DNA of 56,238 bases from Candidatus Aminicenantes bacterium (GTDB lineage: Bacteria > Acidobacteriota > Aminicenantia > Aminicenantales > Aminicenantaceae): positions 1 through 56,238 of the forward strand of contig DAOVDU010000003.1 in assembly GCA_030669305.1 (NCBI GenBank). Direction: 5' to 3'. The notes beneath the pieces are model-generated. The model did no database searches. It saw only the letters and a list, made by a program, of their open reading frames with translations, and was not told the origin of the DNA. The position numbers and the translations under genes are program-made. How positions within the stretch are numbered: position 1 is the stretch's first letter; every line of letters begins with the position of its first letter. Shown one piece after another: positions 1 to 8,850 of this stretch.

Positions 1-419
1 CCTGTTCCAATGTCGATGATAACTCTTTTTGCTTCAAAGGTTTTTATGTGTCTTATTAATTTAAGCTTTTTATAATAATTTAGGTTTGCCATAAAGAGTA
101 CATTGTCCGTTCCTTTGATCAATTTCAATCCGTCAAAAGGGGTTAAAACCATAGTATCTTTGAGATTTGAAACTTTGTTTGTAATAAAATCTCCCAAATC
201 TAAATTTGATTCCCTCATTCCTAAGAATGTGTGTAGATTTGGCCCTCCCATGTCAGCGTCGATCAGAACGACATCGTTTTCGTGAGTTGCAAGCTGGATG
301 GCCAAGCTGGCTGAAATAAAGCTTTTGCCAGTTCCCCCTTTCCCCCCACCAACAGCCCAGATTGATTTTTGCCTTCCTTCGTGAAAAGACAATATGGGTA
401 TTTTTTCTTCTGAATTCAT
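1..419 (-). CDS. MinD/FlhG/ParA-family P-loop ATPase, 5' part only (runs off window start; alternative in-frame ATG at 479)
   Basis: Manual translation, not in ORF track: MNSEEK...SIWAVGGGKGGTGKSFISASLAIQLA...VVLIDADMGGPNLHTFLG...VIIDIGTG. Deviant Walker A KGGxGKS and IDAD motif. Confidence 0.88.
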   Translation of the reverse strand, partial: MNSEEKIPILSFHEGRQKSIWAVGGGKGGTGKSFISASLAIQLATHENDVVLIDADMGGPNLHTFLGMRESNLDLGDFITNKVSNLKDTMVLTPFDGLKLIKGTDNVLFMANLNYYKKLKLIRHIKTFEAKRVIIDIGT

Positions 420-792
420 CCTAATCCTGCTATTTTTGCCCCAATTGCTGATTCTTTGATCATACAATTTCGTTGTCATCTATTCTATCACTCTATCACA
501 AAAAAAGTTTTTTAGTAAATATAAATTTATTAAAAAAATATTTAATTATCAAGCGAAAAAAATTTAATGAAGGTTTAAAAATTTTACTTTTTTTGCCTTC
601 AAATTTCAATTTTTATCTTAAAACAACCTCTTAGTTCTAAAAATTGAGTTTTTTGCCTTTTACTATTAAATCCTTACTCTTTACTTTTGTATGAGTTTAG
701 AGTTTTGTAACAAAATATGTATTGAATTACTTTGAATATTTTGTTAACTTACAGGCTTATACGAAAGATTCTTTTTGAGGAGCAGAAGTTAG

Positions 793-1140
793 TTGAAAAC
801 TTACGGTGATATTGACAGTAAATTCAGGTTTGTCATTTTAGCTTCAATGAGAGCAAAGCAATTATTAAGAGGGGCAAAGCCTAGTGTAGAATCCAAATCA
901 AAAAACCTCATCCGCGTTGCTCAGGAAGAAGTGAAAAAAGGGTTAATCGACTATGAAATTGTCCAAGACAAGCAGGAATCATTTCATGAGCCAGATGAGG
1001 AAATGTTTATTGGAGAAGAAGTTGGAAAAGGGAGTGGAACAGTTGAAGGGAAAACAGGTGCAGGTGATGAAGAACAGGAAAATGATAAAGGACAGAAAGA
1101 TGATCTAAAAAAGGGGCCTAAAAAAAAGAAGAAGAATTAA
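793..1140 (+). CDS. rpoZ: RNA polymerase omega subunit with charged C-terminal tail
   Basis: IDSKFRFVILASMRAKQL...IRVAQEEV omega signature; TTG start after a GAGGAG RBS. Confidence 0.88.
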   Translation: MKTYGDIDSKFRFVILASMRAKQLLRGAKPSVESKSKNLIRVAQEEVKKGLIDYEIVQDKQESFHEPDEEMFIGEEVGKGSGTVEGKTGAGDEEQENDKGQKDDLKKGPKKKKKN

Positions 1141-1144
1141 TAAT

Positions 1145-1660
1145 TTACGTTTTCTCCTGTTTATCGTTCATAAGTTGGATGTAATCCAGCTTTATGAATT
1201 CTTTTTTTGAGAAACCTAAACCCTTTGCGAATTTAACGATTTCGTTTCGCTGACCCTCTAATTCCAAAAAATTACCGATTGATGTTTCATCAAGGCATAT
1301 TTTCAATCTTTTTTTTCTGTATACTGTTCTATATTTTTTATAGTTAAAGACGGGAAGAAGCCCTAAAGATTTCAGGATTTTTCTTATTTGCTTCTCGTTT
1401 TTTAATTCTGTTTCATATTCCTCCCTTACTTTAAATTTTCGCGATTTCAAAGGAGGCCCCTTAAAAGTTAAAAAAGCTTTTTTATTTATTTTTCGGAGCC
1501 TCAGAGCCTGGCGTTTATTGTACAGAATATTGGAGGGGAAATCATATAAAGTATTTTCCTCGAGATGCCGTTCTTTTTCCACTCGGGCGCCTTGAGCTAA
1601 TACTTTTTCACCAAGGGAACAGATATCTTTAACTCTAATTTTTACTTCAATTTCAAGCAT
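1145..1660 (-). CDS. CYTH-domain protein (class IV adenylate cyclase / triphosphatase family)
   Basis: N-terminal ExExK (EIEVK), ALRLR, LTFKGP, REEYET, YKKYR, LDET..GNFLELEG. Confidence 0.9.
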   Translation of the reverse strand: MLEIEVKIRVKDICSLGEKVLAQGARVEKERHLEENTLYDFPSNILYNKRQALRLRKINKKAFLTFKGPPLKSRKFKVREEYETELKNEKQIRKILKSLGLLPVFNYKKYRTVYRKKRLKICLDETSIGNFLELEGQRNEIVKFAKGLGFSKKEFIKLDYIQLMNDKQEKT

Positions 1661-1699
1661 TATCCACTCAGTTAGTCAGTTAGATAAGGAAATAAGACA

Positions 1700-1737
1700 G
1701 GCAAGACAACGCTTTGCTGGCAAGACAAAGAGGCAAG
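1700..1737 (-). repeat. Inverted copy of the GCAAGACA-rich dispersed module
   Basis: GGCAAGACAACGCTTTGCTGGCAAGACAAAGAGGCAAG is the reverse complement of sequence in the modules near 16285 and 17394. Confidence 0.9.
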
Positions 1738-1750
1738 GTAAAAAATTAGA

Positions 1751-1786
1751 ATGTCATTGCGAATAGTGAAGCGACATGGCAATCTC
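1751..1786 (+). repeat. REP-like imperfect palindrome (TGTCATTGC...GCAATCTC type)
   Basis: ATGTCATTGCGAATAGTGAAGCGACATGGCAATCTC; ATTGC/GCAAT stem; resembles CGTC-class REP elements. Single copy in the window. Confidence 0.5.
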
Positions 1787-1818
1787 ATAGTTTTGAATTT
1801 ATTTGTCTTGCTTAAATT

Positions 1819-2841
1819 TTATTTATTCCTATCAAGAATAAATTCAGATAATAAGAATAAAGCATTACGGTGGGAAGATTTTGGGAGTTGATTGATAATT
1901 TCTTTAGATTTGAGGGAAAATTCCTTGGCTTTCTTATATGTGTAATCCAGGGCTCCGTTGGACTTAATGATGTCGAGAATTTCTTCTTTATAATTTTTCT
2001 CTAGATTTTTCTTTCTTAACAAATTTGTAATACGATTTCGATTTGCCTTTCCATCATTATTGAGTGTGTATATCAAAGGCAGTGTGATGCGGCCTTCATT
2101 CAAGTCAGAGAGGACAGGTTTCCCCAGGGTTTTTTCATCGCCTGTATAGTCAAGAAGGTCATCAATAATCTGAAAAGACATTCCTAAATTCGTACCAAAT
2201 TCCGCTAAAAAATCTTCTTCCTTTTTTGGTGCATTTCCGAGGATTCCCCCGATCCGGCAAGAAGCGGAGAAAAGAGCGGCAGTCTTTTTATTGATGATGT
2301 CTAGATAATCTTTTTCCTTAATATCCAGATTTCCACTGATGTAATATTCGTTCAGTTCTCCTTCGATCATTTTAGATGAAACATCGGTGAGGATTTGTGT
2401 TATCTCTCTATGTTTACTCTGGAGAGATAAGCCAAAAGTTTTTATATAAAGATAATCTCCTAAGAGAACAGTAACGTTTGGGCCCCACTTGGCATGAACG
2501 GATTCCCTCCCTCTTCTTACATCTGAGTTATCAATTATGTCATCATGGATGAGGCTTGCAGTATGAATAGTCTCAACTAATGTGGACATCAAGATGTGCT
2601 CTTTTCCTTTATAGCCAAATAATTTTGTACAAAGCAAAAGAAGAGCAGGCCTAATTCTTTTGCCTGCTTTTTGAAAGAGATAGGTGCTTATTTCAGATAT
2701 GAGTTTATTTGAGGAATGAGAGAAAAGTTTAAGCTCTTCTTCAACCTCGTCCAGATCTTTTTGAATATCTAAATACAAATTTTTTAAGGAGAGATCCTGC
2801 TTCATTTTAGCTTTGATATATTCTTTAGTGGATCTTTTCAT
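1819..2841 (-). CDS. Long-chain polyprenyl diphosphate synthase (IspB/HepT family)
   Basis: GKRIRP, first DDxxD (HDDIID...RRG), KTA, second DDxxD (IDDLLD), GKP..SDL.EG..TLP. Confidence 0.95.
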   Translation of the reverse strand: MKRSTKEYIKAKMKQDLSLKNLYLDIQKDLDEVEEELKLFSHSSNKLISEISTYLFQKAGKRIRPALLLLCTKLFGYKGKEHILMSTLVETIHTASLIHDDIIDNSDVRRGRESVHAKWGPNVTVLLGDYLYIKTFGLSLQSKHREITQILTDVSSKMIEGELNEYYISGNLDIKEKDYLDIINKKTAALFSASCRIGGILGNAPKKEEDFLAEFGTNLGMSFQIIDDLLDYTGDEKTLGKPVLSDLNEGRITLPLIYTLNNDGKANRNRITNLLRKKNLEKNYKEEILDIIKSNGALDYTYKKAKEFSLKSKEIINQLPKSSHRNALFLLSEFILDRNK

Positions 2842-2912
2842 TGTTTACTTGTAAGTGTCTGTTAATTCCTATTCATATGCAGCTTTTATCTTAACATCTC
2901 AGGTTTTTTATT

Positions 2913-3707
2913 TCAAACCATAAATAAATACTCAAAATTTTTCGATGTTATCAAAGCCAATTCTTCCAAGGCTATATTCTTTAGTTCAGCTAGAATTTTT
3001 GCAACTTCTTTCACATAGATTGGTTCATTCCTTTTTATTCGTCCTCTAAAGGAAGCAGGGACAAGGTATGGAGAATCTGTTTCGATCAAAAGTTTTTCTA
3101 AAGGTATTTTTTTAGCAACATCTCTTAGGAGGAAAGCCTTGGGAAAAGTTAAAATTCCTGAGAACGAGATGAAGAAATTTTGATTCATCATTCGTTTGGC
3201 AAATTCCAAGTCTCCGGTGAAGCAGTGAAGGATACCTCCCTGGGTGAAATGTTCCTCTTCTACAGCTCTGGCTATCTCTTTGCCAGCTTTCCGGCTGTGG
3301 ACAATGATGGGAAGGCTCATTTTCTGTGCGACGTTGAGTTGATAGCGGAAGGCTTCAGTTTGATCTTGTTGAGGGGAGAAATTGTAATAAAAGTCGAGGC
3401 CAATTTCTCCTATGGCTTTAATCTTTTTTGCCTCAGCTAACTCCTCCATTTTTTCGGCATAATTTAAGTTATAGGCCTTTGCTTGATGGGGATGGACACC
3501 TGCTGCTGCTAAGATGTTCTCGTGTTTTTCTGTCAAATCAAGAGTTATTTGGAGATTCTTGGGGTCTGTGATTTCTGCTGGGCAGAGTATCGTGCTTATC
3601 TCTTCTTGGAATGCCCTTTGGATAACATGATTCCGGTCTTCATTGAACTCTTTCATGCTCAAATGGGCATGAGAGTCAACAAAAGACAGCGTCATTTTTT
3701 CCTCCAA
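2913..3707 (-). CDS. tatD: TatD-family nuclease
   Basis: DSHAH, GVHPH, IGEIGLDF, HSR, HCF, ETDSPY, RNEP. Confidence 0.95.
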   Translation of the reverse strand: MEEKMTLSFVDSHAHLSMKEFNEDRNHVIQRAFQEEISTILCPAEITDPKNLQITLDLTEKHENILAAAGVHPHQAKAYNLNYAEKMEELAEAKKIKAIGEIGLDFYYNFSPQQDQTEAFRYQLNVAQKMSLPIIVHSRKAGKEIARAVEEEHFTQGGILHCFTGDLEFAKRMMNQNFFISFSGILTFPKAFLLRDVAKKIPLEKLLIETDSPYLVPASFRGRIKRNEPIYVKEVAKILAELKNIALEELALITSKNFEYLFMV

Positions 3708-3761
3708 GAAAAGAGTAAGGAGTTAGAAGTAAGAGGAAAATCAAAGCTCAAAACTGATTTC

Positions 3762-3852
3762 TGTTGGTTGGTTAATCAGTCAGTCGGTTAATCTGTTATT
3801 TTAATTAAAATATTTAACAGACTAACAGACTAACAGATTAACAGATTAACAG
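3762..3852. repeat. Inverted heptamer arrays (GTTAATC/GTTAGTC vs TAACAGA) around the palindrome TATTTTAATTAAAATA (3797-3812)
   Basis: Directly visible; the same architecture recurs at about 14945-15067 and 32705-32840. Confidence 0.9.
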
Positions 3853-3881
3853 TTCGTTTTCACCCTGTCTTGCTTTTTATT

Positions 3882-5648
3882 TTATTCCAAAATCTTCTTT
3901 TTCAGTTCGCGGATAGGTAGGGCTCCGTAGCTGAGAAGCTTCTTGAGGAATTCTCTCTGGCTGAATGACTCGCCCTTAAGCTGTTTGTATTCTTTTTCCA
4001 TATCCAAAATTTCCTGGAAACCAACATAAGCATAGGCTGATTCACCTGGTTTAAGAATAATTTGGTTCCATTTTCTCTCAGCTTCAGCTTGCGTCTGAAA
4101 TCCCTTCCTCGTCATGTAAGCAACGGCATCTTCTTTTGTCCAAGAGCTTTCGTGGACATTGAATTCAACGATAAAATTTATGGCTCCTCTCAGTAGATAT
4201 TTGAGCTGATTCAAACGCAGTCTGAGATCGTAATTACCAAATCCATTTTTAACCAGCATCTCTTCAATATAAACGGGCCATCCTTTGATTAGAGGCATGT
4301 TGGAGTACATTTTTATGATGAGGGAGGCATTCTGTCTGGTGTAGAATGTGGGGACATAGGAACCAGGATAAACATTGCGGACAGTCCAGAAATAAAGTAA
4401 GAAATTGTTGTATTCTTCAAGAAAAGATGTTGTTTTTTCTTCATCCCAATCATCGGGAATTGGTGTGATTTCAAAAGAAAAATCATCTGATGTCTCATAA
4501 AGGGGAGGGGAGACGAGCCGTGTCCAGGTAATTCCTTGATATTCAAGAGGCATTGGTTTTATGTTGATGCTTCCTTCAGGCAATTCCACAAGTTGGTTCT
4601 CTGTGATGAAGCTCTTGATTTCTTCTGATATGGTCTTGATTTTGTTTAAAAAATCATCTTTTGTGGTGTGCTCTCCTTTTAACTTATCTAGGACACCTTT
4701 AATCGCTATTTGTTGAGTTTCATCTTCTCCGCGTTGGGCTGTGATCTGCTCCAGGATTAAGTTCGGGTACATTATTCGAAAGAAAGGAAGGGAAACGAGA
4801 GCCATTTCCCTCCTGATGTTGTTAACATCAGCTTTGGCTCTTGCTGCAAGTTCCTGGACAGGAATGTCATTCTGGAAAGTCAGCCGAACGAGCCTTGCAT
4901 GGGCTTCCATGAGCCGGAAATTTCCTGTTGAGCGTGGTAGAAGTTCATTTTGGAGAAAATATTGATAATCCTCCAGGACAGGAATAACTTTAGCCAGGTT
5001 TGATTGAAGCTTGGATTTCGAAGCTGCGGGCGCTTGTTCAATTAATTGAGGGAGTTTGGTCTTATAGAAATCTGAAATAGCAGGGAATTGTTTGATGGCA
5101 GTTTCTGTGTAGAGCTGAGGAGGTGTCTTTAAATTTTCTTTGGCCTGTTTGATAAGCTTGAGGAGTGCCTTTAATCTAGCTTCTGCATTCTTTGCGCTTG
5201 TGTCTAAAGGAGCAAATTCCTTTGTCAGAAGACTTCGGATGCAGTTGATGAGAATATTATTATAAAAGATGGGATTATATTCCCAAGGAAGAAGATTTTC
5301 GTGCTTGAGAAATTCACTCTCCACAGCGTCTAGTATCATCAGGTGGTAAATCTGATACTCTGGGCTCAGTTTCGTCCTGTCGACTTTAGTCACAAATTCC
5401 TCATTGAATTTATCCAAAGTATCATGGCGTTTTTCTATGCTTTTGCTGCTTAGGTCTTCTAATTTGTTGTCATATTTGTGGTAGCCTGCCATAGTTGCGG
5501 CTGTTGGGTAAAACTTCCACAATTCATCGAAAAAAGAATCAAGTGTCTTCTGGAACTTTTCATCTTCATTGTTCTGTTGAGAAAGGAGTGTGCTTGAGGC
5601 TAAGAGAGCAAAGATGACAATGAATAGTAGGGTTGTTGTTTTTCTCAT
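3882..5648 (-). CDS. Secreted DUF885-family protein
   Basis: Signal peptide; PTAATMAGYHKYDNKLEDLS N-terminus; YPG, GW.VY.E and AYAYVGFQEILDM..Y C-terminal pattern typical of DUF885. Confidence 0.8.
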   Translation of the reverse strand: MRKTTTLLFIVIFALLASSTLLSQQNNEDEKFQKTLDSFFDELWKFYPTAATMAGYHKYDNKLEDLSSKSIEKRHDTLDKFNEEFVTKVDRTKLSPEYQIYHLMILDAVESEFLKHENLLPWEYNPIFYNNILINCIRSLLTKEFAPLDTSAKNAEARLKALLKLIKQAKENLKTPPQLYTETAIKQFPAISDFYKTKLPQLIEQAPAASKSKLQSNLAKVIPVLEDYQYFLQNELLPRSTGNFRLMEAHARLVRLTFQNDIPVQELAARAKADVNNIRREMALVSLPFFRIMYPNLILEQITAQRGEDETQQIAIKGVLDKLKGEHTTKDDFLNKIKTISEEIKSFITENQLVELPEGSINIKPMPLEYQGITWTRLVSPPLYETSDDFSFEITPIPDDWDEEKTTSFLEEYNNFLLYFWTVRNVYPGSYVPTFYTRQNASLIIKMYSNMPLIKGWPVYIEEMLVKNGFGNYDLRLRLNQLKYLLRGAINFIVEFNVHESSWTKEDAVAYMTRKGFQTQAEAERKWNQIILKPGESAYAYVGFQEILDMEKEYKQLKGESFSQREFLKKLLSYGALPIRELKKKILE

Positions 5649-5770
5649 TAAATCCTCCTCAGTAAAAACTTTTTTTAAGTTGTTTAAAAGTGCAAAATTA
5701 AAATTTTAATTTGAAATCCTATCATATGATCTTCAATGAAGGCAACATTTTGCCCTCTAAATTGTAATCG

Positions 5771-6772
5771 TTACCACCTGATGACTACTGAAGCCCATGT
5801 GTATCCAGATCCAAAAGAAGTAAGGACGATTATATCGCCCTCTTTTATTTTTCCCTGTTTTATAGTTTCGTCCAGCGCTATAGGAATTGAGGCAGCTGTT
5901 GTGTTCCCAAAGCGGTCAATGTTTCTTATAACTTTTTCGACCGGAATTCTTAGATTCCTTGCGACCATCAGGCTGATCCTGTCATTAGCTTGGTGGGGAA
6001 TGAGGTGGTCTACATCTTCTATTGTGAGGCCGTTATGATTTAACGCGGTTCTTACGGCTTCTGGCATCTTTTGAACTGCGTTTATAAAAACGTTTCGGCC
6101 GTTCATACGGGGAAAAAATCTATTGTTTTCAAAATATTCTTTAGTGAATGTTGGTTTATCTTTTGAGCTTGGTTTTTCCATCCATAGATCAGATGCATAC
6201 CTCCCGTCTGAAAATAGATGTGTAGAGAGGATGCCTTTTTCATCGTTTTTTTCATTGGCCTCTAGGATAACTGCGCCACCTCCATCTCCAAAAAGCACAG
6301 CAATATCTCTACCTTCATCGGAGTAATCCATATTTGACGATTGAACCTCAGCGGCGACAATAAGAATTTTCTTGAAAGTTTGAGTCTTGATGTACTGGTC
6401 GGCAACAGAAAGGGCATAGATAAATCCACTGCACTGATTCCTCACATCCAGGGCTCCAATGTTGGAAAGACCTAATTTAGCCTGAACAAGGACACCAATT
6501 CCGGGAAAATAATGGTCTGGAGAAAGTGTTGCGGCGATGATGAAGTCGATTTCTGATTTGTCGATTTTGGCATCATCGATAGCTAGCAAAGCAGCTTTAT
6601 AGGCCAAATCAGAAGTTCCAATCCCTTTTTCAGCATAGTGCCTTTCCGAAATTCCTGACCTCTGGCGAATCCATTCATCAGAGGTGTTCATTATTTTCTC
6701 TAGATCGAAATTTGTAACAGTTTTAGGAGGGACGAACTGACCTGTTCCGGTTATAATTGATCTTATTTTCAT
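5771..6772 (-). CDS. fabH: 3-oxoacyl-ACP synthase III family (FabH)
   Basis: Likely start MKIRSIITGTG at 6772; catalytic Cys (NQCSGF), His (PHQAN), Asn (FGNTTAASIP); SFGSG. Confidence 0.93.
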   Translation of the reverse strand: MKIRSIITGTGQFVPPKTVTNFDLEKIMNTSDEWIRQRSGISERHYAEKGIGTSDLAYKAALLAIDDAKIDKSEIDFIIAATLSPDHYFPGIGVLVQAKLGLSNIGALDVRNQCSGFIYALSVADQYIKTQTFKKILIVAAEVQSSNMDYSDEGRDIAVLFGDGGGAVILEANEKNDEKGILSTHLFSDGRYASDLWMEKPSSKDKPTFTKEYFENNRFFPRMNGRNVFINAVQKMPEAVRTALNHNGLTIEDVDHLIPHQANDRISLMVARNLRIPVEKVIRNIDRFGNTTAASIPIALDETIKQGKIKEGDIIVLTSFGSGYTWASVVIRW

Positions 6773-6857
6773 TCGATATTGCACAATTATAATAGATGCG
6801 TAAAGAAAAATAAAGCCGAAATTTTCTTGACTCAAAAAGAGGGAAAGCATAATATGC

Positions 6858-7367
6858 ATGTTACAGAAGGAAGACGTAGGAGTTTTTTTGAAAAGATATA
6901 TTCTCCTTACTATTATGGTTGTTTTGCTTTCCTTTTTCCTTTTCCCTGAAGAAGAGGACATCTTGAAGATTGAAGCTTCTATAAGTCCAAAAAGACTTTC
7001 CAGAGGCCAAGAGGGAAAGGTTATAATAAATCTTACACTTAAAGATAATATCACAATCATTCCTCAACCTTCTTTTATCATCGAATTTAGTCCTTCTGAG
7101 GAACTTATTTTCCCGAAAAATTTTTTTACAGCCTCTGATTTAGAGATAGAAATTTTGGAGGAAAACGGAAAGGAGTACTTGAATCTAAAAGATCCGATTG
7201 AAATTCCATTTACTGTTAATTTAGAAGCAAAGCGAGGCGATCATACTCTTGAGGGAAAGATTAAATATTTTGCATGCTCTAGCAAAGAGGGGTGGTGTCT
7301 GAAGAATACTTCAAAATTTTCAGCCTCTTTCTATACCCGAAGCACTGTATTTAAGAAGAAGAGATAA
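6858..7367 (+). CDS. Exported stand-alone DsbD N-terminal (Ig-like) domain protein
   Basis: N-terminal hydrophobic segment; C-terminal IKYFACSSKEGWCL matches the DsbD-alpha Cys pair pattern. Confidence 0.6.
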   Translation: MLQKEDVGVFLKRYILLTIMVVLLSFFLFPEEEDILKIEASISPKRLSRGQEGKVIINLTLKDNITIIPQPSFIIEFSPSEELIFPKNFFTASDLEIEILEENGKEYLNLKDPIEIPFTVNLEAKRGDHTLEGKIKYFACSSKEGWCLKNTSKFSASFYTRSTVFKKKR

Positions 7368-7395
7368 ACTTCCCTCTTTAAATAAAGTCAAAACT

Positions 7396-7756
7396 GAGAA
7401 CTAGTTTAAGGTTTAAGGTAGAATGTTTAATGCAAGAAGAGAAACTGGTTTAAGGTTCAAGGTAGAATGTTTAATGCGAAGAAGAATTACATTAAACCTT
7501 AAACATTAAACCTTAAACTTAAAGTTAGGAGTGAGGAAAAGGGTGTCATTGATTATATGAAAGCGCTGCTATTGTCAGCGTTTGTCAGTACAGCAGTATG
7601 GCAGTATTTACTATTAACCATTCCCCATTAACTTATTTTTTTGTCTTGCCAGCAAAGCGTTGTCTTGCCCTTTAGTTTGTCTTGCTTTTATTATTATCTG
7701 TGTTACTGAGTTACAGTGTCACTGGTTTAGACAAACCAGATAAACCAGACAAACCG
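7396..7756. repeat. Composite intergenic repeat: two ~44-bp units, inverted AAACCTT heptamers, 61-bp GCAAGACA module (7640-7700), GTTACTG heptamers, AAACCAGAT 9-mers
   Basis: All modules are visible and recur in other intergenic regions. Confidence 0.88.
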
Positions 7757-7757
7757 T

Positions 7758-8732
7758 TTAAAGCCATCCGTGTTTGAAGTACCAATCTGTAGTTTCTTGG
7801 ATCGCTTCCTGGAGGGTAAATTGGGGAAAAAAAGAAAGCTTCTCCTGAGCTTTCTTTACATCTGCGATCCAGAATCTCTCTTTCATTTCTTTGTATTTAT
7901 GACGATTGAGAGCGCTCGGTTTCTTGGTAATTTTGCTTCCTAATTCAGAAATTAAAACAATAAGATAAACAATCGGGAGGGGAAAATTCACCCTTTTTAA
8001 GGTTTTCCCCATCGCCTGTCCTGCTGCTTTTCCTAATTCGTCCCAGCTGTAAGGTTTAGGGTTAGCGATATTGATTATTTCTCCGCTTTTTAGATCTTTT
8101 TTTGTACAGAGATCCATGACTTTTATAAGATCTTTGACATAGCATAGGCTATACAGCCTTTGCTTGGAGCCTATACGGGGAAGGATTCCTTTTTTTATGA
8201 ATCTGAAAAAGGATAGAAAGTCTTCATCCCGTGGGCCAAAGACAGAACTAGCCCTTAGTATGACAATCGAAAACTTGTTTATGAATTTTAAAGCCTCGGT
8301 TTCTCCCAATAGTTTACTCTTTCCATATGGTGTAACGGGATGAGGGAGGTCGTTTTCTTTGATTGGCTTTCCCTCAGAGGAAGGGCCTACAGCTGCGAGG
8401 CTGCTAAGGCAAATAATTTTTTTTGGATAGATCTTTTGAGAATCAAAAGATTGAAAAAGGCTTGCTGTTCCTTGTTGGTTTACTGTATAATAATCAGCCG
8501 ATTTATTTGATTTAGTAGAGCCTGCAATGTGGAAGACGTAGTCAATATCTTTAGGAAGAGAAGGGATAGAGAAAATATCTCCTTTTAAAAAATGTATATT
8601 GAGTCCTTTTAGCCATTTTAAATTATTGAGGTCTCGAACAAGGGCATATATATTAATATCTTTATGATTCATCAAATAATTGATAAGATGACTTCCGATA
8701 AATCCGGTTCCGCCAGTGACAAAGGCTTTCAT
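7758..8732 (-). CDS. Extended SDR / NAD-dependent epimerase-dehydratase family oxidoreductase
   Basis: Likely start MKAFVTGGTGFIG; HIAG, N..GT, SSLAA, YGKSK (YxxxK), VFGP. Confidence 0.9.
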   Translation of the reverse strand: MKAFVTGGTGFIGSHLINYLMNHKDINIYALVRDLNNLKWLKGLNIHFLKGDIFSIPSLPKDIDYVFHIAGSTKSNKSADYYTVNQQGTASLFQSFDSQKIYPKKIICLSSLAAVGPSSEGKPIKENDLPHPVTPYGKSKLLGETEALKFINKFSIVILRASSVFGPRDEDFLSFFRFIKKGILPRIGSKQRLYSLCYVKDLIKVMDLCTKKDLKSGEIINIANPKPYSWDELGKAAGQAMGKTLKRVNFPLPIVYLIVLISELGSKITKKPSALNRHKYKEMKERFWIADVKKAQEKLSFFPQFTLQEAIQETTDWYFKHGWL

Positions 8733-8850
8733 TTGTAGAATTGTATGAAAATTGCCTGCTACGGTCAAACCTAAATCGTTTCAGGAAGTTTTAAATTGAC
8801 ATGGTATTTTGTTAAACTTTTTATGAGATTATGCCTAGAAAGGAGGAATT

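Noticed and set aside
480-790. AT-rich divergent spacer as a replication origin or ncRNA
   Set aside because: No DnaA-box cluster or recognisable RNA structure was seen; it is most simply a divergent promoter region.
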